DNA of 64,000 bases from Candidatus Omnitrophota bacterium (lineage in GTDB: Bacteria; Ratteibacteria; UBA8468; B48-G9; DTJG01). This document shows, piece after piece, positions 30,360-39,405 of the stretch. The stretch is taken from assembly GCA_023818965.1 (NCBI GenBank), contig JAMWCD010000006.1, forward strand, positions 205,475 to 269,474, in the 5' to 3' direction. The notes beneath the pieces were generated by a model that did not search any database, was not told where the DNA came from, and saw only the letters and a list, made by a program, of their open reading frames with translations. Positions within the stretch are counted from its first letter, which is position 1. Every line of letters begins with the position of its first letter. The translations under genes were made by a program, and so were the position numbers.

Positions 30360-31190
30360 TTAAATTTTCGATAAAATTTTTTTGACCAGCAAAACAGAAT
30401 TTTTTGCAGCATAATTCACAAATTTCTCAAAATTAATTTCCGCATCTTCGTCTGCAAGGTCACTGATAGACCTGATAAGTAAAAATGGAACGTTATTTAT
30501 TTCACAAACCTGAGCAACAGCCCCACCTTCCATTTCTGTCGCCATGGCATTAAATGTTTCCAATAACCACTTTCGTTTTGTTTTTGATACAATAAACTGA
30601 TCTCCGGTAACTATGATTCCGCTGACAATTTTCGGAATCCTTACTTCTTCAGATACAATAGTTCCTTCAGGTAATTTATCAAATGTTATTCCACGAGAAA
30701 CAGTCATAGCAATATTTAACAACTTCTCATCTGTTTTAAAATATACACTTTCAATATTGACTTTACCTTCTGGAAGTGTTCCTGGCCTAAAAGGAGAGAA
30801 TCCCTGAGGACCTATGCTTCCATAATCATGCTGAGCTACTTTTGTGGCAATAACCAGATCCCCGATACCAAGATCAGGTGATACTCCTCCGGCAATTCCT
30901 GTGAAAATTATTTTTTCTACCTTAAATTTTGTTATCAACAACTGACTGGTTATAGCAGCGTTCACTTTTCCCATTCCTGCTTCTACTAAAACAATTTCTT
31001 TCCCTTCTAATTTACCTGAATAGAAAACTCTTCCAGCGATTTTTGTTTCTTTCATTAACTTCATTTCGTCTTTCAATAACTTTATTTCTTCATTTAATGC
31101 CCCCATTATGCCAATCTGCGCTGATGCAGATGGATTTATAAATAAAAAGCACCATAACAAAAAAATACTGTATTCCATAAATTGATTCAT
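30360..31190 (-). CDS. exported nucleoside phosphorylase-fold enzyme, MTA/SAH nucleosidase (Pfs/MtnN)-like
   Basis: Signal-peptide-like start (MEYSIFLLWCFLFINPSASA/Q), then IGIMGALNEE...VEAGMGKVNAA...ATEMEGGAVAQV, typical of the PNP/UDP-1 family MTA nucleosidases. The track ORF extends upstream to 31271. Confidence 0.6.
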   Translation of the reverse strand: MNQFMEYSIFLLWCFLFINPSASAQIGIMGALNEEIKLLKDEMKLMKETKIAGRVFYSGKLEGKEIVLVEAGMGKVNAAITSQLLITKFKVEKIIFTGIAGGVSPDLGIGDLVIATKVAQHDYGSIGPQGFSPFRPGTLPEGKVNIESVYFKTDEKLLNIAMTVSRGITFDKLPEGTIVSEEVRIPKIVSGIIVTGDQFIVSKTKRKWLLETFNAMATEMEGGAVAQVCEINNVPFLLIRSISDLADEDAEINFEKFVNYAAKNSVLLVKKILSKI

Positions 31191-31618
31191 TTTGACCATA
31201 TCTATTGCTCCTGTAAGTGTTAGGTGCACTGCATCTGAATTTAATTTACATCTGATAATTTTGCCTGTCAAATTTTGTGTTTACAAAATTAGAAAAACTT
31301 AGAATGCCACGGTCTGATTTTGGAATCCGTTGATAATCTTAAATTGTTCTGTTTTTCCTGTTATATCTAATACTAATTTGCCATCAAAATTGTAGGAATA
31401 CCAAATTGAGTTCGCCAGAGAGCAAGGCGGCAAGGAGAAGGCAACGAGGCATACTGAAGTATGTTGAGGAAGCCGACGACGCAGCCAACGATGCTATATG
31501 GATGAAATCAATTCGGTATAAAAAGACAGGATGATTCGTCGTACTTATTTTGAAAATCCTTTTGACACATTCCTGGAAAAGAGTTAATATTAAAACGGTT
31601 CTTTAACGAGGAGGGAAA

Positions 31619-32383
31619 ATGATGGTATGGGTATTAATCGGGCTTTTTGTATTCATTACAATCTTGACCAACACCATTAAAATTGTTCCTGAATACGAAC
31701 GAGGCGTTGTTTTTCGTCTTGGTAGATTGATGGGACCAAGGGGACCAGGGCTTTTCTTCCTTATTCCAGGAGTTGAAAGAATGGTAAAGGTAAGTTTAAG
31801 AACAGTAACATTTGATGTTACTCCACAGGAAGTAATGACAAGGGACAATGTCCCAATCAAGGTGAATGCTGTTGTCTGGTTCAGAGTGATGGATCCTTCA
31901 AAGGCGATCGTCGAGGTTGAAAATTACCACCTTTCTACAATGCAAATTGCACAGACAACACTTCGCGGAGTTCTCGGACAGATGGAACTTGATGAAATCC
32001 TTTCAGAGAGAGACAAAATTAATCATAAACTCCAGCAGATTATTGACGAACAAACAGATCCATGGGGTATTAAGGTGAGTATTGTTGAAATTAAAGAGGT
32101 TGAGTTGCCTGATACAATGAAAAGAGCAATGGCAAGGCAGGCAGAAGTAGAGAGGGAACGTCGTGCAAAGGTTATCAATGCTGAGGGAGAATATCAGGCA
32201 AGTGAGAAACTTGTTGCTGCTGCCAGAAAACTTTCAGAAGTTCCAATAGCCATTCAACTGAGATATTTGCAAACAGCGTCAGAGATAGCCACAGAAAAAA
32301 ATTCAACCCTGGTGTTTCCAATTCCTCTTGAGATGTTTTCTGTATTCAAACAAATGGCTGAAAAGAAAACAGACCAGACCTGA
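31619..32383 (+). CDS. SPFH/band-7 (stomatin-like) membrane protein
   Basis: 254 aa. N-terminal TM helix followed by a PHB domain ([16 protein letters not shown]..., coiled-coil [11 protein letters not shown]). Confidence 0.85.
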   Translation: MMVWVLIGLFVFITILTNTIKIVPEYERGVVFRLGRLMGPRGPGLFFLIPGVERMVKVSLRTVTFDVTPQEVMTRDNVPIKVNAVVWFRVMDPSKAIVEVENYHLSTMQIAQTTLRGVLGQMELDEILSERDKINHKLQQIIDEQTDPWGIKVSIVEIKEVELPDTMKRAMARQAEVERERRAKVINAEGEYQASEKLVAAARKLSEVPIAIQLRYLQTASEIATEKNSTLVFPIPLEMFSVFKQMAEKKTDQT

Positions 32384-32389
32384 GTATCT

Positions 32390-33241
32390 ATGAAAATGTT
32401 TGATAACATCGCGATTGCAGGACTTGGTTTGCTTGGTGGCTCTGTGGCACTTGCCGCACGAAAAAATAATCTTGTCTCTGAAATATTTGGTTATACAAGG
32501 ACACCTGAAACACTGGAAAAGGCAAAGAATTCAGGGATTGTGGACAGAGGTTTTTTGTGTTTTTCAGAGATGGTGAAAGTTGCTGACTTTCTTGTGCTCG
32601 CTGCCCCAATTTCAATTAACATTGAACTGGCAAAAAGTATTGCAAAAATAAAGCCGAACATTCTTTTTACTGATGTTGGTAGCACGAAAAAGTCAATTGC
32701 TGATGCAGTTGAGAAACACTTTAAAAGAAAGCACAGATTTGCAGGTTCTCATCCAATGGCTGGTTCTGAAAAAAGAGGGATTGAACAGGCAGATGGAGAC
32801 CTTTTCAAAGAGAAAACAGTGATTATCACACCTGTGAGGAATGCGGAAAAAAACACTGTTGAAAAGATTGATGAATTCTGGAGAAATACTGGTGCCAGCA
32901 CTGTAACAATGGATGCAGATCAGCATGATGAGATATGTTCATTAACAAGTCATCTTCCGCATCTTGTGGCTTTTTTGCTTGTAGAAATGATTTCAAAGGA
33001 AATACATTCGTCAGAGGTTTTTGCCTGCATTGGTTCTGGATTTCGGGATACTACAAGAATTGCGGCAAGTGACCAGGAAATATGGACTGATATTTTTATC
33101 AGCAACAAACATAATATACTCAAGTCCATAAAAAATTTCAGGACTTCCCTTGAAAATGTGGAAAAGATGATTAAAGCAAAAGATACAGATGCACTAAAGA
33201 AATGGATAGGAGAGATTAAGGAAATCAGGCAAAGAATCTGA
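32390..33241 (+). CDS. tyrA: prephenate/arogenate dehydrogenase
   Basis: 283 aa. N-terminal NAD-binding loop (IAGLGLLGGSVALAA), the catalytic His region (GSHPMAGSE), and a C-terminal dimerisation domain. Confidence 0.75.
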   Translation: MKMFDNIAIAGLGLLGGSVALAARKNNLVSEIFGYTRTPETLEKAKNSGIVDRGFLCFSEMVKVADFLVLAAPISINIELAKSIAKIKPNILFTDVGSTKKSIADAVEKHFKRKHRFAGSHPMAGSEKRGIEQADGDLFKEKTVIITPVRNAEKNTVEKIDEFWRNTGASTVTMDADQHDEICSLTSHLPHLVAFLLVEMISKEIHSSEVFACIGSGFRDTTRIAASDQEIWTDIFISNKHNILKSIKNFRTSLENVEKMIKAKDTDALKKWIGEIKEIRQRI

Positions 33242-33248
33242 ACTTACA

Positions 33249-34082
33249 ATGGGCATAAAACAGGATATGGAATTAAAAAAAAGACAGAAGGTTGTGAAGA
33301 AGATTAAAAAGGTTGTCATAAAAATTGGTACAAATGTTCTCACATCACCTGGACATTATCTTGACACTTCCTTAATGGAACATCTCGGACAGCAAATTTG
33401 CCAGCTTATGGATGAGGGGAAAAAGGTGGTTATTGTGACATCCGGAGCCATTGGTGCAGGAATGCAGATTCTTGGCTGGAAGAAAAGACCGAAAAAAATG
33501 GAAAAACTACAGGCGGCTGCCAGCGTTGGACAGAGTAGATTAATGAGATTCTATGAAAGGATATTTCGTGAAGAAGGTTATAATGTTGGGCAGGTATTAC
33601 TTACCAGGGACATTTTTGAGTCAAAACAGAGAAGGAAGAATGCATTGTCAACCCTTGAAACTCTTTTAACACACAAAATTATTCCTGTGATTAATGAAAA
33701 TGATGCAGTTGCATTCGAAGAAATCAGGTTCGGTGATAATGACATTCTTTCAGCCATGGTTGTTGAACTGATAGATGCAGATGCACTGATTCTTCTCACT
33801 GATGTTGACGGTTTATATGATGCAGACCCGAAAAATAATGGGAAGGTGAAACTTATTTCTGAAGTCACTGGTATCAGTGAAAAATTGCTGTCAATTGCAA
33901 AAAGTGGAAGTCCTTCACGACTTGGAAGCGGTGGAATGGTTTCAAAACTTACTGCAATGAAAAAAGTTTTATCCATGGGTTGTGTCGGATTCATTGCAAA
34001 TGGAAGAAGACCCTGGGTCATCAGGGATATTTTTTCAGGCAAAAAAATTGGAACAATTTTTCTTCCTGGAGAAAAATTATGA
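33249..34082 (+). CDS. proB: glutamate 5-kinase (short form without PUA domain)
   Basis: VVIKIGTNVLT...VVIVTSGAIGAG and later amino-acid-kinase family motifs. Stop overlaps the proA start (ATGA). Confidence 0.9.
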   Translation: MGIKQDMELKKRQKVVKKIKKVVIKIGTNVLTSPGHYLDTSLMEHLGQQICQLMDEGKKVVIVTSGAIGAGMQILGWKKRPKKMEKLQAAASVGQSRLMRFYERIFREEGYNVGQVLLTRDIFESKQRRKNALSTLETLLTHKIIPVINENDAVAFEEIRFGDNDILSAMVVELIDADALILLTDVDGLYDADPKNNGKVKLISEVTGISEKLLSIAKSGSPSRLGSGGMVSKLTAMKKVLSMGCVGFIANGRRPWVIRDIFSGKKIGTIFLPGEKL

Positions 34083-35335
34083 ACTGGAAAAATCACGTTG
34101 ATAATATTGCAAAAAATGCTCGTATTTGTTCAATCAATATGGCAAGTCAGGATACTGAAAAAAAGAACAATTTTCTCAATCTTCTTTCTGAAATTCTGAT
34201 TTCTAACACTGATGAAATACTCAAATATAATGAAAAGGATGTACGTAAATGTCAGCGAAAAAATTTCTCTCAGGCATTCATCGACAGATTACTTTTAACT
34301 CCTGAGAGAATAAAAAAGATGGCAAATTCCCTTAAAAATATTGTGTCTCTTGATGATCCTGTCGGAAAAATCATCTGGGAAACAGTGAGACCCAACGGGC
34401 TTGTAATAAAAAGGGTAAGAGTACCCATAGGTGTGATTGCTATCATTTATGAATCAAGGCCTGATGTTACCATTGAAGCAACATCACTGTGTGTAAAATC
34501 AGGAAATTGTGTTATCCTTCGTGGCGGAAGTGAAGCAATGAATTCAAATTCAGCCCTTGTTCATTGTATAAAGCAAGCCCTTGATAAAGCAGGAATAGAT
34601 GAAAATTCAGTGAATCTTGTTACATCTGGTGGCAGAAGGGGTGTAAAATATCTTTTGTCCCTTGATAATTATATTGACCTTGTAATTCCAAGGGGTGGAG
34701 AATCACTTATCAGGACAGTTGTTTCATTCAGCAGAATACCTGTGATTAAGCACTATAAAGGTGTGTGTCATATTTATGTTGATAAAGATGCTGATATGGA
34801 AATGGCACTTAATGTTTGTTTGAATGCCAAGGTTCAAAGACCTGCAACATGTAATGCGATGGAAACACTTCTTGTTCACAGGGAAATCGCAGGTTTGTTT
34901 CTTCCACGTATGATTGAATTATTCAGGCAGCATAAGGTTGAAATTCGTGGGTGTCAGGAAACAAAGAAAATTGTTCCAGATATTAAATTCGCAACTGAAC
35001 AGGATTGGTATGAAGAATATCTTGACTTAATTATTTCTATAAAGGTTGTTGATAATGTTGATGAGGCAATTACGCATATCAACAGGTATGGAACCAAACA
35101 TTCAGATGCTATTATTACCCGCAATACTCAGACGGCTGAAAAATTTCTTAATCAGGTTGATTCTGCCTGTGTTTATCATAATGCTTCAACAAGATTTACA
35201 GATGGTGGAGAATTTGGTCTTGGGGCAGAAATTGGAATAAGTACTGATAAGATTCATGCCAGGGGTCCCATGGCACTGGAAGAATTAACAACATACAAAT
35301 ATCTTATTTACGGAAATGGACAGATCAGAAAATAA
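34079..35335 (+). CDS. proA: glutamate-5-semialdehyde dehydrogenase
   Basis: ALDH-fold gamma-glutamyl phosphate reductase with catalytic Cys in NASTRFTDGGEFGLGAEIGIST. Start chosen at the internal ATG that overlaps the proB stop. The track ORF extends upstream to 33980. Confidence 0.9.
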   Translation: MNWKNHVDNIAKNARICSINMASQDTEKKNNFLNLLSEILISNTDEILKYNEKDVRKCQRKNFSQAFIDRLLLTPERIKKMANSLKNIVSLDDPVGKIIWETVRPNGLVIKRVRVPIGVIAIIYESRPDVTIEATSLCVKSGNCVILRGGSEAMNSNSALVHCIKQALDKAGIDENSVNLVTSGGRRGVKYLLSLDNYIDLVIPRGGESLIRTVVSFSRIPVIKHYKGVCHIYVDKDADMEMALNVCLNAKVQRPATCNAMETLLVHREIAGLFLPRMIELFRQHKVEIRGCQETKKIVPDIKFATEQDWYEEYLDLIISIKVVDNVDEAITHINRYGTKHSDAIITRNTQTAEKFLNQVDSACVYHNASTRFTDGGEFGLGAEIGISTDKIHARGPMALEELTTYKYLIYGNGQIRK

Positions 35336-35909
35336 ATTGAAAATTGGAATTTTTGGTGGTTCATTTGACCCTGTACATATTGGACATCTTATTATTGCAG
35401 AATCTGCAAGAAATCAATTCTGTCTTGAAAAAATTATTTTTATTCCAGCAGGTATACCACCGCACAGGGATGCACTCATTGCAACAGGTCGGCACCGGCT
35501 TGAAATGACAAAACTTGCGATTGCTGATAATCCCAATTTTGAAGTGTCCGATATAGAAATAAAAAAGGAAGGCATTTCCTATACTTATGAAACCCTTCAG
35601 ATTATCCAGAAGCAATTAAATGCCGAATTCTATATTATTGTTGGCTGGGACGCATTTGTTATTTTACCGTCATGGTATAATGCTGAAAAACTGGCTGAAC
35701 AATTTCCATTTATTGTAGCTCCGAGGATTGTAGAAAAGCAACAGGCATTTCAGTTTCCTTTTCAGGTAAAATATGAGATGCTTGATATTCCGAGAATTGA
35801 AATTTCTTCAACATTAATAAGAAGGAAAATCAAAGCAGGTCAATCAATTAGGTATCTTGTACCTGACAGTGTTTTAAAATACATTTACCAGGAAAAGTTA
35901 TATGAATAA
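35316..35909 (+). CDS. nadD: nicotinate-nucleotide adenylyltransferase
   Basis: IGIFGGSFDPVHIGH (HxGH nucleotidyltransferase motif) and later SSTLIRR. The true start may be the TTG at 35337. Confidence 0.85.
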   Translation: MDRSENKLKIGIFGGSFDPVHIGHLIIAESARNQFCLEKIIFIPAGIPPHRDALIATGRHRLEMTKLAIADNPNFEVSDIEIKKEGISYTYETLQIIQKQLNAEFYIIVGWDAFVILPSWYNAEKLAEQFPFIVAPRIVEKQQAFQFPFQVKYEMLDIPRIEISSTLIRRKIKAGQSIRYLVPDSVLKYIYQEKLYE

Positions 35910-36936
35910 CAATGGTCTTCCTTTCGACATTGAAAAAATTATTGAAGATGCGAGAAATGAACTTGAAAAAATCACTCGCAAGGATGAACTTGAATACTGG
36001 CGAATAAAATATTTTGGAAGAAAAGGTGTTTTTGCGATACTGACATCAAAGATTCCGGAATTGAGCCAGCATCTCAGGCCAGAAGCAGGCAGAAAAATTA
36101 ATGAGGCAAAGAATTTATTAAATGAACTATTACAGCAGAAAAAGATTATTGTTGAATCTGCACAAACTTATAATGACACTGGTCTTAATTATACACTTAC
36201 TGGACTTAAACCTGACTATGGATATTTCAATCCCATTACACTTGTATCAAGGGATATTGTAAGAATTTTTCAGAATCTTGGATTTGGTGTTCATACTGGA
36301 CCTGAAATTGAGACAGATTTTTATAATTTTGAGGCATTGAATATGCCAGAGGACCATCCTGCAAGGGATATGTGGGATACTTTCTATCTTGATGCTGAAA
36401 GGAAATTTCTTTTAAGAACTCATACCAGTCCTGTTCAGATTAGAGTAATGGAAAAATTGAAAATACCTTTTAGAATTATCGCTATTGGAAAAACATTCAG
36501 AAGAGATGCTTTTGATGCTTCACACTCACCTGTTTTTCATCAGGTTGAAGGTTTGATGGTGGGCTATGATATTACTTTCAGTAATCTCAAGGCTGTTTTG
36601 ATATTTTTTCTCAGGGAATTGTTTGGCAGTAATGTCAGGGTGAGATTTCTTCCTTCGTATTTTCCATTTACTGAGCCAAGTGCAGAGATTTCCATTTCCT
36701 GTGTTATATGTAATGGCAGGGGATGTCAGACATGTGGTTTTTCTGGATGGATTGAAATTCTTGGTGCAGGAATGGTTCATCCTGAAGTATTTTTAAAAGC
36801 AGGGATCAAAGAGAAAAACATTACTGGTTTTGCTTTTGGTGCCGGGATCGAAAGGATTGCTATGATTAAATACAGGATTGATGACATAAGACAATTCTAT
36901 TTGAATGATATCAGATTTCTAACACAATTTGAATAA
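35902..36936 (+). CDS. pheS: phenylalanine--tRNA ligase alpha subunit
   Basis: Class II aaRS motifs (FRRDAFDASHSPVFHQVEG, GAGMVHPEV, and GFAFGAGIERIAM). Confidence 0.9.
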   Translation: MNNNGLPFDIEKIIEDARNELEKITRKDELEYWRIKYFGRKGVFAILTSKIPELSQHLRPEAGRKINEAKNLLNELLQQKKIIVESAQTYNDTGLNYTLTGLKPDYGYFNPITLVSRDIVRIFQNLGFGVHTGPEIETDFYNFEALNMPEDHPARDMWDTFYLDAERKFLLRTHTSPVQIRVMEKLKIPFRIIAIGKTFRRDAFDASHSPVFHQVEGLMVGYDITFSNLKAVLIFFLRELFGSNVRVRFLPSYFPFTEPSAEISISCVICNGRGCQTCGFSGWIEILGAGMVHPEVFLKAGIKEKNITGFAFGAGIERIAMIKYRIDDIRQFYLNDIRFLTQFE

Positions 36937-38911
36937 AATGAGATACAGCATAAAAATTCTCGGAGAATATGTTGGCGGTAACTGGACAGAGCAGGATCTG
37001 AAGCAATGGCTTGGTATGTTAGGATTGAATCCTGTTTTTACAAGGGAAAACGAAGAAACTTTTATTGAGATAGAAACACCTGCAAACAGGGGCGACCTTT
37101 TCAGTGCAATCGGGATTCTTAGAACACTTGCGCCATTCAGTGATATAGAAATCAAGTATCCCGAGAAAGATATTATTGAGACATCAGATAGATTTTTACC
37201 GGTTGAAATAGAATGTTTTGATGATTGTTTTTTCTATGCAGGGAGAATTATAGAGTCAGTAAAGGTTGAAGATTCCCCATCGTGGCTGAAAGAAAAACTT
37301 ATTTCTGCTGGTTTTCGCAGTGTTAACAATGTTGTTGACATCACAAACATTGTTTTCTGGGAATTCGGACAGCCACTTCATGCCTTTGACCTTGATTTGC
37401 TTAAGGAAAAGATTATTGTAAGACGCGCTCTTGATGGTGAATTCATTGTAACACTTGATGGTGTTAAAAGAGAACTTTCACCACAGGTTCTTGTTATCTC
37501 AGATTCTGAAAAGCCCGTGGCAGTAGCAGGAGTGATGGGAGGACTTAATTCAGAGGTTACTGAAAAAACCACAAATCTTTTTATTGAAAGTGCTTTTTTT
37601 AATCCGGTCAGGGTAAGAAGATCTTCCAAATTTCTCGGTCTTGTGACAGATGCTTCTGCGAGGTTTGAAAAAAGGGTAGATCCATCCTTGATTATTCCGG
37701 CACTTGATAGGTGTTGTAGATTAATCAATGAAATATGCGGTGGAAAAATTTCGAAAATTATTACATGCGGGAAAAATCCTGACTGGAATAAATCTATTGA
37801 TATTGAAAAGAAAAAAATTGTTCAATATCTTGGCTGTGAAATTCCTGATGATTTCATCATCAAAGTATTGACCAAACTTGGCTGTCGTGTTGAACAGATG
37901 TCTGAGTATTACAGGGTGATTGTTCCTGAAGGAAGAAGTGACCTTGAAAGGGATGTTGATATTATTGAAGAAATTGCGAAATACTGGGGATATGATAGAA
38001 TTCCTGAACAGATGCCACTTGCTACAATCGCCTTTACACCTTCCTCGCAGGAATACCTGATGCTGGATAAATTGCGTGATATTTTTGTAAAACTTGGATT
38101 TACTGAAGCAGTTAATCTTGGTTTTTATGGAGAAATCGAAAGAAATTTATTCGGCGGACAAGTTGTTGAAATTATTAATCCGCTTTCCCGCAATTATGCA
38201 TACCTGAGGAATTCGTTGATACCAGGACTGCTACAGAATTTCAGAGACAATTTTAACAGAAAAATAGATTGCCTCAGTCTTTTTGAGGTAGGAAACATCT
38301 ATTGCCAGAAAGATCATGGATTTTTTGAGAAACCTGTTGCCTGTGCAGGTGTAGTAAATAAATGGGATTTTTACTCTTTTAAAGGAATGATAGAATCACT
38401 ACTGGTAAAAATTGGTTATCATAATTCTGTCCAGAAGGTATCACGTTCAGATACAGGTGACTTTGTTGAATTTTTACAAGAAGGAAAACCTGTAGCAAAA
38501 ATTTATCTGCCTGGCATTCGTATTCTGAAGGCGTATGATCTTGAGCAACAGAACGTTTTTCTATCTGAAATCAATCTTGAGAAATTTTTAATGAATGGTT
38601 TTCCTTTGACTGTTTACAAGCCGGTTTCAAAATACCTTCCTGTGAAAAGAGACCTTGCTCTTATTGTACCAGATTCAATAAACTGGAAGGATGTTGAGAG
38701 GACATTGTTTGAAAACATCCAGGGTCTTGAAAATATTGAAATTTTTGATATTTACAGAGGAAAAGGAATTCCTGAAGGTTGCACAGGCATTGCGATCAGT
38801 GTTGTGCTTGCTAACAAAGACGGTGTCCTTAAAAAGGAAGACATTGATGCAACAGTTCAAAAAATTGTTTCTATTCTAAAAGAATCTTTTTCAATTCTCC
38901 TGAGGCAATGA
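36929..38911 (+). CDS. pheT: phenylalanine--tRNA ligase beta subunit (short form)
   Basis: 660 aa. B3/B4, B5 and class-II-like catalytic-fold domains plus a C-terminal FDX-ACB-like domain. Lacks the N-terminal tRNA-binding domain of long PheT. Confidence 0.8.
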   Translation: MNKMRYSIKILGEYVGGNWTEQDLKQWLGMLGLNPVFTRENEETFIEIETPANRGDLFSAIGILRTLAPFSDIEIKYPEKDIIETSDRFLPVEIECFDDCFFYAGRIIESVKVEDSPSWLKEKLISAGFRSVNNVVDITNIVFWEFGQPLHAFDLDLLKEKIIVRRALDGEFIVTLDGVKRELSPQVLVISDSEKPVAVAGVMGGLNSEVTEKTTNLFIESAFFNPVRVRRSSKFLGLVTDASARFEKRVDPSLIIPALDRCCRLINEICGGKISKIITCGKNPDWNKSIDIEKKKIVQYLGCEIPDDFIIKVLTKLGCRVEQMSEYYRVIVPEGRSDLERDVDIIEEIAKYWGYDRIPEQMPLATIAFTPSSQEYLMLDKLRDIFVKLGFTEAVNLGFYGEIERNLFGGQVVEIINPLSRNYAYLRNSLIPGLLQNFRDNFNRKIDCLSLFEVGNIYCQKDHGFFEKPVACAGVVNKWDFYSFKGMIESLLVKIGYHNSVQKVSRSDTGDFVEFLQEGKPVAKIYLPGIRILKAYDLEQQNVFLSEINLEKFLMNGFPLTVYKPVSKYLPVKRDLALIVPDSINWKDVERTLFENIQGLENIEIFDIYRGKGIPEGCTGIAISVVLANKDGVLKKEDIDATVQKIVSILKESFSILLRQ

Positions 38912-39219
38912 AAAAATATAGAATCAATATACTCGGAAGAAACTGTACAATTGCCACTGACAGGGATGAGGTGTTTATGAGGAAAATTGAATCAGAAATT
39001 AATGAAAAACTTCAACTGCTCAGGTCTTCAATGCCGCACGCGGATTATCTTGATTTATGCATTGTATACTTGTTTTTGCTTTCTGAAAAAATAGATATTC
39101 TTCAAAATACTATAGAAAAGATGAAAAAGTCCTCTGAACAGGCAAAAAAAATACTTTCTTCTGTTCAGCAGGAAATTATCAAGCAGTTGACAAATTCGGA
39201 TAGTCATAATAGAATATAA
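38908..39219 (+). CDS. zapA: ZapA-like cell-division protein
   Basis: 103 aa. Start (KYRINILGRNCTIATDRDEVFMRKIESEINEKL) and length fit ZapA. It is in the conserved pheST-zapA position. Confidence 0.6.
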   Translation: MKKYRINILGRNCTIATDRDEVFMRKIESEINEKLQLLRSSMPHADYLDLCIVYLFLLSEKIDILQNTIEKMKKSSEQAKKILSSVQQEIIKQLTNSDSHNRI

Positions 39220-39224
39220 TTTAC

Positions 39225-39299
39225 TGCGGGGTGGAGCAGTGGTAGCTCGCCGGGCCCATAACCCGGAGGTCGGCCGTTCAAATCGGTCCCCCGCAACCA
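39225..39299 (+). tRNA. tRNA-Met (CAU), initiator type
   Basis: 75 nt, near-identical in layout to E. coli tRNA-fMet. Has three consecutive G:C pairs in the anticodon stem (GGG/CCC flanking CAU), a weak U1:A72 closing pair, the T-loop GGTTCAAATCG, and a CCA end. Confidence 0.9.
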
Positions 39300-39405
39300 A
39301 AAAGAGACAGGTGATGTATCAATCTGGATACAGACAGAAAGCAGGTATTTTGTTCTTATGTTTTAACGAGGCGCCGGAAAATATTCCTGACAGGGATACT
39401 GGTTT

